Assembly: GCA_011109175.1 (NCBI GenBank)
Contig: RDEW01000031.1
Location: 653,216-717,215 of the forward strand
Direction: 5' to 3'
Source of the DNA: Dicyema japonicum
Lineage: Eukaryota > Animalia > Dicyemida
Length of the DNA stretch: 64,000 nt
The position numbers were made by a program, and so were the translations under genes. Shown piece after piece: positions 52,802 to 64,000 of the stretch. The first letter of the stretch is position 1. Each line of letters starts with the position of its first letter. Under the pieces are notes generated by a model. That model searched no databases. It saw only the letters and a program-made list of their open reading frames with translations, and had not been told where the DNA came from.

Positions 52802-53003
52802 ACTATCACTTTTTATTTTAAAACTATTTCGATATTATTAATGAACTTTTGAAAGTAAAAATGTATTCAATTGAAAACTTGGAGTTATTTTTGAGTTAAA
52901 AGGGCGGGGAGGGGTCTATTTTGAGTAAATTAAGCTAAAATTGAAAAAATTAAAAATTAAAAGAATATTTTAATAAATATTTTAATTATATTCAACTATA
53001 TAA

Positions 53004-53656
53004 ATGTCTCGTTGTTACCTTAAATTTATTGTTTATTGTTTATTCTTGTATTCTGCTGTTACTTACTACTTGTATGTAAAAGACCACATATTTGAGGAAA
53101 GGGTTCTTCGACAGGCCGTAAAGTACGCCTACGGTAACTTTCACGGTAATTTCTAGACACTCCAAATTTTTATGCTAACGAGAGTATTATACGCTTTATG
53201 CATCGTCGATTTGGGGATAGGATTTTGTCTGAAAGGGAACTCATTTGGGAGGAGTTCTCATCAGGATATGTCATGCACATGCACATTTCCTTGTTTGAGA
53301 TTATTTCACTTTTTCTCGTTCCACATGACCAGATTTTTTACACTGGTTCTCCGTTCTTTTCCTTTATTCTCGTCAACGGTCGGGTTGATCTCTCCTCTGA
53401 GCCTAAACAAATCTCCTCGTATTCTCCCGGGAATGTCTTGAGGAGTTCTGACATTGAGGGAAAAGTGATGATGGTCAAAGAGGGGTCATTTATGATTGGA
53501 TACTCTAGAAAATTTTCTTTACTTTATTTTTGGTCTCAGATTTGGAATTTGGATTTGGTTGGCTTTTTGTTTTTTTTTTGTCGGGGACTTGGACTGATCG
53601 CTTCTTTTTATTATAAAACATTATTTCGTTATTATCTAATTTTATTGAGAAAATGA
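53004..53656 (+). CDS. SIGMAR1: Divergent sigma-1 receptor/ERG2-family protein; one 23-nt intron 53134-53156
   Basis: N-terminal TM, HIFEERVL, MHRRFGDRIL.ERELIW, HISLFE..LF, LVNG, YSPG, FMIGYSR, NLDLVG; collinear with the remembered human sequence. Confidence 0.78.
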
Positions 53657-55139
53657 TTTAGATTTTTCATATTTCTGTCTTTAATTTTTATATTTATATT
53701 ATTAAAAACTCTTTTGGCTACTTTAAAAAATCTCCCTCGCCATCTTTATGTTGGAGGACTTCTCGGTGCTCCTTCTACAATCGGGTGGATATAGTCGAAA
53801 AATTGTCAATATGCTCACATTGATGTGGTACACATATTTTCAGTCCAAGGCAAAGGGAGACATAAGTTCGAATAAGTCCCCAAAACTCCATTTATGATAG
53901 TGTTAAATGTCCCATGCCATCACGGTTTCAGTACTTGATCTCCTTTTTTAAATTTATTAAGTCAATTAAGACAAAAATTAACAGTTACTGGCTGCTCTCA
54001 TAACCGATAATGCATTTCCCCTGACGATTTGGAAGGAAATACGCTCAATTAGTCATTTTCCTCACAATGAGCGATTCTGTTTAACATGGCCAGTGATCTT
54101 TATTATTAATATAAAATTAATAGTTAATACACTGACCTTATTTACCATTGTAACCGTTATGACATGAGTAACCGTAATGGAATGCAACATTAAACCATGC
54201 CCAACTTTAAAGAAATACTCTGAACTACAGACATGAACGAAAATGTTCATTTGATGATTTCAGGAAAAAAGGTTAAACATTTATAGAAGATAGGATTCAA
54301 GGCCAGTAAATCTTATGGAAAACATAATTTGTTTTCAAGCGAAATAGTTGAAAAAAAAATTATAAATGAACCTGGTTAAATAGATCATCAATATAATATA
54401 GCATTGCCCGTGAAGAAAAATATGAGGACTTTTATTCAGTAGAAACAGTGTGATGAAGGCATAGGAACGTTTGTTAAACATAACTGTATCTACACTTTTA
54501 TTTATAAGAGAATCAAGGAAAAAATACGACCTAACAACAAATAAAATTAACAAAAGGCTTGAGAAAAATAATTAATAATTTAATATTTATTTTTATTCAA
54601 CGCAAGGCCAAATTTTTAAGATATCAAAGCGGAATCCTCAGATACAAAATTGTTATTTTTTCAATAGCAATAAAAAGAGATCCAATAGGGTCTTCCTTAG
54701 ATATTCACAGAAGAGTAGAGTAGAATGAGGTACATAAGACTGATTGATTAACCCAACTATTTGGGTATCTCTTCATAATGACAGAATATGATCTTTCTAT
54801 GTTTTTGAATGCGTTTTAATTGTCCAATTTGACCAAGGAAATTGTTGTATTCATTAAATAGTGTGACGTTCTTTTGAGAGGACACTATTCCATTTAACTT
54901 ACTGACCATTTAAATGCTATAAGTTCTTTTGATCATACTTTAATCTCTCCGGTGTATTTTTGTACCTTCGTGTCTACTGTTGATCCACTCGAATCTCTAT
55001 AGACTTGTTTGCAACAATAGACTGCACTGAGTCTGTTTTTAGTCTTCTTAATTCCATATTGACGACACAAGTGCACATGCATTTAACCACCTCATTATGT
55101 CTTCGCAGGTAGGGGATGATGCCTGAGCAGTAAGACCGT

Positions 55140-55830
55140 TACAGGACTATCTACGAGGATAAATATGAGAGGCTTCTGAACCAATCAAACCAACACAGAC
55201 GTCGAGTGGCGCATGGATCAATGCACTCCCCGTTGGTAGTGTAGGAACCCACCTTGACGACGATATGTCTGCAGCGGCATCTTCACCAGACTTGGACTGG
55301 AGATTTGCCGGACTCACAAATGCCAATGTGGCGCCACCGTCTATTGTTATGGACACCATGCCCTCTCTTGTCGAAGAAGTGCAGGACGATTCCCAAAACA
55401 CAAGGCGATCAACAAAATTGTCAAGCGAGCCCTGGAGTTTACGGGATACCTAGCCATACTAGAACCTGTTGTCCTGGACAGAGGAGACGGAAAACGTCCC
55501 TACGGGATCACAATTTTTCCATTTGAAGAGGGGAAACCTTTGGTCTGGGACGCTACTTGTGTCGACACTCTTTGCCCGTCCAACATTGTCGGGAACGCGG
55601 TAGACACACTGTATGCCGAGGAAAAAAGAATGAAGAAATACGAAGCGCTACGCGATCGATTGTGGTCGAGACAACTGGAAAAATAAGTGGAAAATAGCTT
55701 CGCTACTTAAATAAACTTGGACGCTTAGCTACACTAAAAAGCCACGACGCACGTGAGACCCGGTGGCTTCTCCAGTTGATCTCTTTTGCAATCGTGAGAG
55801 GCAACGCAACGTCGATAATGTCGGCGTGGT
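55140..55830 (+). mobile_element. CRE-like 3' remnant
   Basis: SGAWINALP..SVGTHLDD, GKRP, GKPLVWDATCVDT. Confidence 0.75.
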
Positions 55831-55956
55831 CGACTTTGGATGGATGACAGTGTTAAATAATAAAAATAAATTTATGTTGGTTATATAAAGTTTGATTTCC
55901 ATGATAACCAAATGAATTGAAAACTTATCAAAAGCAAAAGTTCAAAAATCTTTTGG

Positions 55957-56092
55957 TTGAAAATGAATTAAACAACATGTTATGAAATAGGTATCTATCA
56001 GTCCGCCAGTTGGCCTGGACTGTTTATCCGAGTACCTTTTTTTCCTTGCTAACCATTCATTTACTGGTCTAGTAAGTTACACATCCTGATTT
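55957..56092. repeat. Repeat X, third (short) copy
   Basis: Matches 6725-6860. Confidence 0.8.
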
Positions 56093-56094
56093 GA

Positions 56095-59000
56095 ATATCT
56101 TTCCTGACTGGCCTGATATGTCTGTTCTCTTCCTCAGTCAGGCCTTCGTACAATTTCTTCCTAAGGGATAGTTTGATCGCTGCTCGCCTTGTTTTCTCTA
56201 GTCGGGCGAGAATCCTCTCTCGAGGGGATGTAGAACCATCCCTCGCTTCCGTAAATAAGTCTTGGAAGAATCACATTCCGAAAAACAAAGAGCATAGTAT
56301 CAACATTTCACTTTAGTCTTCTAGTGCAGAATAGTCCTTGCACAGCCTTCTTCCTTCGCTCTTCGATGTCCTTCAGGTACGATCCTCTCCCATCTACTGC
56401 AATCCCCAGGTGTTTCAGGGATGAAACTTTCGGTATGCGAAGAGTGTAGGGCTCTTTCTGATGCCTACCCGGCCTGCTTATTTTCAAGTAACTAGATTTT
56501 TCCGTGGAGAGTTTCATGCATCTCCAATCGCACAAACCCTAGACCAAGTCAACAAAAGCTCCTAGTCGCCGCTCTGAATGGTATGCCTTCAGAGACGAAT
56601 CCAGGATTAAGATGTCATCCGCGTATATCATCAGCTTGGTCCTGACGTCCAGTGGCAACAGAAAAACTTCCATAAATATGTTGAATAAAACGGGGCTTAA
56701 ATTAGATCCCTGCGGCACACCCTTTTAATCAATGTACCAGCAGAATATATTCCACCGACTACCACATTATATATCCTTCCAGTCAAATAGTCTTTCAACC
56801 ATAGGAACATTTGTTTAGATATCTTTGATCGTACAAATTGACAAAATAAGGCTTCGTTGAACGCCTTTGAAATGTCAAGACAAACAAGGCTCAACTGACT
56901 TTTCTTCTCGAATGCATTTGTAATTTCATAATTTATTGAGTGAATACAATTTCTGCAAGGTCTTCCCGGACGAAACCCATTAGTAAGGTCGTAAAAAGTT
57001 ACTCTCTTCTATATACCGATTCAATCTTTTGAATACAATCCGTTCCATAATCTTTGATGTAGAACATATAAGGCTTATTGGCCTATAACTATGAGGATCC
57101 TTCCGCTTCTATAACGGAGGAACATGTCTGAGCTTAAAACTCGAGTTATACATTTTTTGTAGAACAAATAGTAGTTCATCGGACCCTTCTTTAAACATAA
57201 TCATGGGAATGCTATCGAATCCAGGAGCCTTGTTTTTGCACTCGCGTATAGCAGTTCTGACTTTGCCAGAGTGATTTCCTCTACCAGACTTTCCAGATCG
57301 TCCATAAAGTAATCCATAAAATTAGATATCTCCTCTGAAAATTTCTCAGGTATAATACTAACAGGGTCAACTCCTTGTATATTTTCCAGTTGTTTTCTGA
57401 ATACCGAAGGTACTCTTTTCAGGGGAATTGCCCTTCCCTCTTGATCGGCCAGCAAAATATTTTTTGCCTTTAAATGTCCATCAGTAAGCCTTTTGTACAT
57501 TTTCCAGAAACAAGGGTTCTTCCAGTTAACCTTCGAGGCTGCATTCTTCAATTTATTTTCGGCATTCACTTTCCAAGCCCTTTGAAATATTTTTTTAATC
57601 ACATCAAATTTACTTTTCAGAGTTGTCCTGTCCCACAAATCAAAACATCGTCTGTGCTTCGCCTTCAGAGTATTCCTCTCGTGAATAAGATTCCGTATTG
57701 AACTGTTTGTTCTTCAGAAAGCTCTTGGAGTAGACCTTCTTTCCATATAGTCGTAGATGCATTAGCATAGAATTGGGTAGTTCCCAGTTAAAAACGTCCA
57801 TTAGGTGTAGAAAAGGAATTAGTCTTCATTAGTAAGGTCTTCGACAAATATTGGCGATAATGTCCCCAGTCTATCGACAAAGTATCAAAGTACAGGAAAA
57901 TATTTTCAGCAATGTTCGGCTTCAGGTTGATAGTTACTTCCTGGGGGATATGATCACTCCATATGTCCCGAAGTAATCTTGGTCTGTCTACGTTCCTCAG
58001 ACGTCAAGACTTCAACTCCAATTTCCCCAACCATATCTGGTAGGAATCGCCCGTCCCCGTTGTTTTTGCAACATCCGTAGCTCGTATTCGTAGCATTCAG
58101 GTCTCCNAATATTGGCGATAATGTCCCCAGTCTATCGACAAAGTATCAAAGTACAGGAAAATATTTTCAGCAATGTTCGGCTTCAGGTTGATAGTTACTT
58201 CCTGGGGGATATGATCACTCCATATGTTCCGAAGTAATCTTGGTCTGTCTACATAACCCAGGAGTTGTAGAGACACTAGGGTTAATCCCAGCATGTCACC
58301 GCCATAGTGTGAAAAATGGTTAGGTTCCTCAGACGTCAAGACTTCAACTCCAATTTCCCCAACCATATCTGGTAGGAATCGCCCGTCCCCGTTGTTTTTG
58401 CAACATCCGTAGCTCGTATTCGTAGCATTCAGGTCTCCTACCAAGATCGACATAGGGTTTGTTTCAAAGAATTGAACAATTTTCGCCGCTTCCCGAGATA
58501 CCGTCTCGGAAACTTCTGACTTGCTCTGCATAAGTTTCCTTGTAGCGCTCCGCTCCACCGGCCCATCCTGAATATGTGATATATTGGTCCACTTCATCTC
58601 TTGTGTTGGCTTGATCGCTTCCTTTCTAGACTCTGTCTGTATGGGAATCATTTTCTTGGATGCCTCTTTCATAGCAGAACATTCTCTGTAACGGGCATTA
58701 TGTCCTGGTCCTCCACAATTAATACAAATTGCCTCCACGTTTAGAGAAAATTCACACACAATAAGGTCGTGTTCCCCTCCACACATGAGGCATCTCTTCT
58801 TCTTGCAATATGCGGCGATATGACCAATTCGTTCGCAATTGTAGCAGATAGGAGGTGGCCTCTTCATCCACTCACAAAGGATCTTGTTCGCTCCAATGTA
58901 GAAGCCACAACGTATCAGTGATGTGGCTTCCGAATTACTACTAACCGAGGCCTTCGCCATTGGCATGGGCTGCGATCCTCTTGACATTCGGGTTATTTTC

Positions 59001-59345
59001 GAGGTTGAGGGAGCCATCTCCTGAAGGTAATCCAGTCGGAAGGAGCCCGGTTCTCTGTGGCTCATCCTCAAAAATCCGTATTGATCATAGTAATGTAGAA
59101 TATTCGTAATTTTTATCGGACTCAGTACAGTGAACTGTGATCAATAGTGTCTTGTTATCTGTAGGATCTGCTTTCTTCGGTTCGTCCGTAGGTTTGGGTT
59201 CTACCGTGGAGTTGTGTGTCGTAGATTCGTTCGCACGTTTATAGGGCTCTGCATTATACAGCGGTTTATTATCCAAAGAGAATGATTCAGCTGTAGCACT
59301 TCCTGGAGAACTAGAAGAGCTACTGGCTTTCATCTTTGTGGGATT
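56095..59345 (-). mobile_element. Jockey/I-like LINE with gag-like ORF1 (3 zinc knuckles) and decayed APE-RT; relative of 2352-5325
   Basis: CYNCERIGHIAAYC, CLMCGGEH..C, CINCGGPGH..C; GDLN, SDH, KNPCFWK, YRPISL, LDISKAF, YADD, LFCTRRL. Confidence 0.88.
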
Positions 59346-59384
59346 GGTGAACCAACCGTCAGAAAAAGATGTTCCAATAAAGTT

Positions 59385-60720
59385 TTTACATTTTCTGCCG
59401 TTTTATTAAAAAGCGGAAATGCCCAGGCATACTTAAGAAACAATTAATCACTGTTAAAATCCATTTGAATTCATTATTGTCCGAAGCATATCTTTTAAGA
59501 TCGATACAATCAGCCATAAATCGTTCATAATTTTTAGAAACAGTGAGCATTTTGATTTCTTCAGATGTTTTTAGAGAATAAAAACTTGTGGAATCGTAAT
59601 TTGATATAACTCTGCGAATAACATGATGTTTTGTTTCAACATATTTATCTTTTTTTTTTTTTTTAAAACAAAAATTTATTAACAATAAAATATTATTTAT
59701 TAACTATGGGGGAGAGCGGCTGCTGACATCACGGAGTAAGCGTTTCCGCGAATAACAGCGATACCAATTCTTTGCCTCAGCCAGACCGCTTCCCGCACGT
59801 CTTTCTTGCGGTGGGCCAATTTTCCCCCGATTTCCTTTAGGAAAGAGGCTGTAATACTTCCAGCCGCACCAGACGTCTCGATTGCTATCGGTACAAAACG
59901 GTAGCGGTCTCCAATTTCGCCATATTTTTTAATCTTGATTTTTTCGGCCATATCGGCTGCCGATCCAGCAGACTGCGCCGAGCTGAGCATCATCGAGTTC
60001 GAGAAAGAATCCACAACAGTGCAGTCCCATACGAGCGATTTTCCCTCAGTGAACGGAAAGACAGTTAACCCATCCGGTCTTTTCCCATCTCCGCGGTCCA
60101 ATCCCACAGGTTCCAATACTGCCGGGAAGCCTGCCGCTTCAAGAGCTCGCAAGACAATGTTGTTCATAGCAGCATGGCGGGGTGCTCTGCCCGCACTCCT
60201 TTTGCACGAGAGCGGGTGCAGCCCTTTGGCATCGACGATCCCTCCACAGCGACATTGGTGTTCGACGCAAACATCAGCTCCCAGGCGTTGTGCGATTCCA
60301 ATCCGAATACAGTCATCGTCCAATAGGGTCCCCAGGGAGGAAGACGGGAGTGCATCCAGCCACGCTCCGCTCCCATGGTTGGCGGCGGACACGAGGCATG
60401 CAAGACGATGCTGGTTGGCCTCAGATATTATCATATTTATCTGATATAAGTTTTGTCAATTTGCTAAAACCAAGATCGCCGCTATTGTGTTCTTGGGATA
60501 AAATAATGAATTCTGTCCTTTTGAAAAGCACAAACGACTGTCCTTAGAGATCCATATTTTTTAATCAAAAATAAGTGATCATTTATCAATAATAGACTTT
60601 GACACCATCTTCTAAGTGTTTTTTTTAGTATGATCAGACATTCCAATAGGATATACTTTCTCTTTCAAATAATAAATAATTATATTCAGTTCTTGTGACA
60701 ATAATTGTCGTATGTCATAA
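59385..60720 (-). mobile_element. Second Ginger-like integrase remnant (N-terminal half), split by a CRE insertion
   Basis: YLKEKVYPIG..KKTLRR, EHNSGDLG.SKL..LISDKY | VETKHHVIRRVI...ERFMADCIDL....NNEFKWILTVI. Confidence 0.75.
59650..60431 (-). mobile_element. Young 5'-truncated CRE-like insertion with poly(A) tail and a 10-11 bp TSD
   Basis: Uninterrupted 244-aa CCHC+REL frame; A15 tail; CATATTTATC(T) at 59640 and 60432. Confidence 0.93.
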
Positions 60721-60819
60721 GAACCCGGGGCGTTGATACTGTCCGGGTTGAAGAGACAAATTTATCACTTGAAAACATTAACAACCACTAAGTTTTGTCT
60801 CAAGAGAAACAAAATAGAC

Positions 60820-61150
60820 AAAAAACAAAAAATTTTATTTTGAGTCAATAAAGCGATTAAGCAAAAAAGGGTCGAAAATAGAAGAGGTCGAAGGATCGGT
60901 CCGTTGTTCACTCAAAAAACAAAAAAATTTATTTTGAGTCAATAAAGCGATTAGCGTGAAAATGGTTATTTGAGTGTTATATAATATTTTTTTAATATTT
61001 TTAATTTTTTTTTAAAAATTTAAAATTTCACGCATCATTTTAATTTTGTTATGCCTTCTACATTCAGCATTAATACACCTGATGAATTAAAGAAAATTAT
61101 GAATTATCTCGAATATAAACAGTATCCTGATGGATTTAATGAAAATCACG
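60820..61150 (+). mobile_element. Possible left end and N-terminus of a third Ginger-like element
   Basis: Two copies of caaaaaacaaaaaa.tttattttgagtcaataaagcgatta, then MPSTFSINTPDELKKIMNYLEYKQYPDGF. Confidence 0.45.
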
Positions 61151-62780
61151 CTATCACATACGACAATAATTAATGTGATCAATGATGTTGCAAATAGTTA
61201 AACACAAGTTTCTCAATATTTGGGTTCATGTTTGTGAACCTAATTCGTAGATATCCTCTTTCAACAATGTCCAAGCGGTTTCTCATTTTGGTAATTGATA
61301 CGATACTGAAGCCTCTCTCGTATTGTTGCTAAGCGAAATCGACTTAATATTCTGGGAAGTTTGGTGCATTACTGTTTTCAGTACTTCAATAATTAATGAT
61401 ATTATCAGTTCCTCCCCAATTGTGTGGGGTTTCCCCAACTTGGCGATAAGTAAAACAATAATTAGTGTGTGTTCCAGTTAACAAAAAGGTTAAAAATTTC
61501 CGTTATGTAGATAATTGCGTATTTGCTTAGGTATTTTAGGTGAAATGAAGATACTTTGTCTGGGTCGCAGGCCCGTAAGTTTTTTTAATCCGGCGATAAC
61601 CTGAGACCTGCTTATCTGAGAATAGTTCTTGGTAAGGTTCATTTTTCGGTTTTCGGGCACGTACTTTGATATCCAGTTGTTTAGAGAATTTCTTGAAGCT
61701 GATCGCAGCGTAATGTTTCATAAGTAGATTAGGGCGTATATGACAAATATTTTAGGAGAGGAGTTACAGGTTCCATTCGCATCTTCCAACTCTGATTTAC
61801 TTTGTTTTAATGTTTTCCAAAAATGATGAGATGAACTTTACCCGTCAAGGCGATTGATTAGAACAGCATGAGAATCAGCGTCCACGAGAAGCATTCGAAT
61901 ACTTGTACTAATAATTTTTTTCCAATTTGTATTAAAAATTGTCCAATTAATAGGGAGAATAGGATTTTTCTTAGAAAATATTTAAAAATGCGCCAATAAG
62001 CGAGGATGACTATATAACAAATCCAGATGAGTCTGATAGTGATCTTGACCGTTCTTGACACTAAATGGAGTCCAATAATAAAGGTAATAATGGTTGGACC
62101 TAAGAAGAGAATATTGAGTTATAAAATAATTACTTTTACTTATTTTTTTGATATATAAAATGACTGGTATTAATTAGATATTACTGATAATACAAAAGCT
62201 TCTTTAAGATTATCTATTATCCAAAAGATTTTTGATATCTGTTTTATTATAGGATTTGTAGTATTTAAGTTGAAAATACACAAAACCTATTGACTCATCA
62301 AAACATTATTCTTCCCTTACTGGATTGTGATTAGTTGACTGATTTTTGTCAAAAATTTTGTTTAATTTTTCTGAAGTAGTTTACAAAAACTGTTAATTCC
62401 CATTCCACTTTAAAATGGTCATTTTGCATTTTAGAATATATTAACAATCATTAAAAATTCATTAATAAATATTCATATTACCTTTGTTCAATATTTAGAT
62501 AAATGTCCTCAATCGAGGAAAAGCTATAAGACCTTGGGGTTGTGATAGACTGGAATGTCCATCATCCCTGGGTATTAGCTGATGAACCTATAGTCAATTA
62601 TTNTATTTAGATAAATGTCTCAATCGAGGAAAAGCTATAAGACCTTGGGGTTGTGATAGACTGGAATGTCCATCATCCCTGGGTATTAGCTGATGAACCT
62701 ATAGTCAATTATTGGTGATGTTTAATTTACTAGAATTAAATAATAGGAATAATTAATAAATTAGTATAATCCGTAAATCA

Positions 62781-63222
62781 TCAAACTATTTTTCTGTCGC
62801 AAAGAACTCTGCAGATGCACCCAACACCAGATTTTGACATTATCTAACAAATTACTCACAAATTCAACAGATTCGTGCCACTGCAGTATTTTATTGGCAT
62901 TTCCTTCATATAGAAATTCCATGGACTTGTAAACGTACTTTAGTAGGTTGATAATCTTGTCATCGTCCAGATTGTCCACAAACTGTCCTACATTCCCTCG
63001 GTATAGCACAAAACACTTAGAAAGCATCGTTGCGATGTTGTTCTAATTAACACACAAGAATACTTTCAAAGAAATATCGGATCCAGTATTTGGTCGAGAA
63101 ATAGCTTCCTTAATGGCTGATTCGTAGTCTCCTCTAAAAGTAATCTAAAGAACTAACTTGTCTATTAAAGGCTTTAGTTCCTGTGGAGTTACAAAATTGT
63201 TATCTATGGTCGATTTTACCAT
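62781..63222 (-). CDS. ARPC5: Arp2/3 complex subunit 5 (p16-Arc); introns of 24, 21 and 25 nt
   Basis: GDYESAIKEAI, VDNLD...LLKYVYKSME, ILQWHES|IMSKSGVGCICRVLCDRKIV*. Confidence 0.92.
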
Positions 63223-63354
63223 TAATAATAATAATTTGAATTAATTTAAAAAAATCAAGGGTGAACACACTAAAAAGGGTAAAAATAATTAAATTAAATT
63301 GTTTATTTTATTAATAAAAATTAATCATCAAAATGTTAATAGTGATTAATCTAA

Positions 63355-63820
63355 TTATTTATGATCCTAAAACCGACGATTGAGTACGCCTGTGCCTCAT
63401 GGGCCTATGGAGCTTCGATATCAAATTCACTCAAGATCAATACCCTAATTGGAAAACTAGCACGTCAAACAAATCTACCCCCCGATCTTTTCCCTCCAAT
63501 GCTTGACCACGCCGCAATCAAAAATAATGGCTCCGGCTTCATCTGTCTGTGAGGCCAAGAAACAAGTCGTTTCTTCCATTCAAGGCTGAAGGCTTCAAAT
63601 ACACGAAATTTGGGAAAAACCCCACTCCTCCTCAAACCCTAATGAAAGATGATCGTCGTTTATTCAGGAAAACCGTGGGTACTCTGGAGGAACACAGGAA
63701 AAACCTCTCGATCCTGTTGAGGCGTACCGGGATCACTTAATTAGTTGGATTACTCCTTCTTTCTTGGTGTTCCCTTTTCGGGTTATTAAATAAATAAAAT
63801 AAATAAATTAAATAAATAAT
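63355..63820 (+). mobile_element. LINE 3' end with (TAAA)n tail
   Basis: ILKPTIEYACASW; ...TGIT* followed by taaataaataaa repeats. Confidence 0.75.
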
Positions 63821-64000
63821 AATGATTAATCGTAGCGTGACGTTATGTGTCCATCAATTCAAAAAATTCAAAAGCATTTGGCAACGCCCAGAGGGCTTCT
63901 AATGCACTCCCAAAAAAGACCATTAGACCCTTTCCTTTCGGGGTCATTATCGACCCCCGGCGATGTGCTCAAAAAAAGTCTAAACATTCCCGGAGAAAAC

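Noticed and set aside
58097-59071. Novel gag-endonuclease fusion protein
   Set aside because: Explained by an internal deletion joining ORF1 to mid-APE in a decayed LINE.
62500-62720. Possible hammerhead ribozyme or snoRNA (CTGATGA motif)
   Set aside because: No GAAA after the putative stem II and no matching box D; unsupported.
7488-63222. Alternative genetic code or stop readthrough as the cause of fragmented ORFs
   Set aside because: Stops and frameshifts in host genes fall inside removable GT-AG micro-introns, and TAA, TAG and TGA all serve as terminal stops.
63922-63962. piggyBac-like terminus (ccctttcc..cggggtc..gacccc)
   Set aside because: Only one end at the window edge, no TTAA site and no transposase visible.
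1-64000. Prokaryotic systems (CRISPR, retrons, DGRs), tRNA and rRNA genes
   Set aside because: All RTs are eukaryotic non-LTR types; no repeat-spacer array or structural RNA was recognised.

Overview
This is AT-rich eukaryotic nuclear DNA from a draft scaffold with N gaps. It is almost certainly animal, given a TSC22-box gene, a class A GPCR and an XRRA1-like gene. Reading across the fragmented ORF track, I could splice together 11 compact host genes: an ER EF-hand/CREC-like protein, CCDC22, XRRA1, PRC1/MAP65, a GPCR, an orphan coiled-coil protein, a TSC22-family protein, TYW3, an RdgB-type PITP, SIGMAR1 and ARPC5. Together they need about 49 GT-AG introns, nearly all 20-26 nt, with almost no splice consensus beyond GT..AG. 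This fits a dicyemid mesozoan or a similarly reduced animal; that assignment is inference, not a database result. The genes are 0.4-1.9 kb islands with about 100-bp AT-only flanks, embedded in nested, mostly dead transposons: Jockey/I-like, RTE-like, CRE-like and R4/Dong-like non-LTR elements, hAT remnants, Ginger-like integrases and a MITE. The most interesting signals are the ultrashort-intron system with possible 16-17 nt introns or GAG acceptors, a Ginger-like transposase carrying host-sized micro-introns, a sigma-1 receptor lacking its ligand-binding residues, an RdgB-alpha-type protein reduced to its PITP domain, and an unclassified dispersed repeat. All splicing and homology calls were made by eye from remembered family motifs. 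TE boundaries are approximate.
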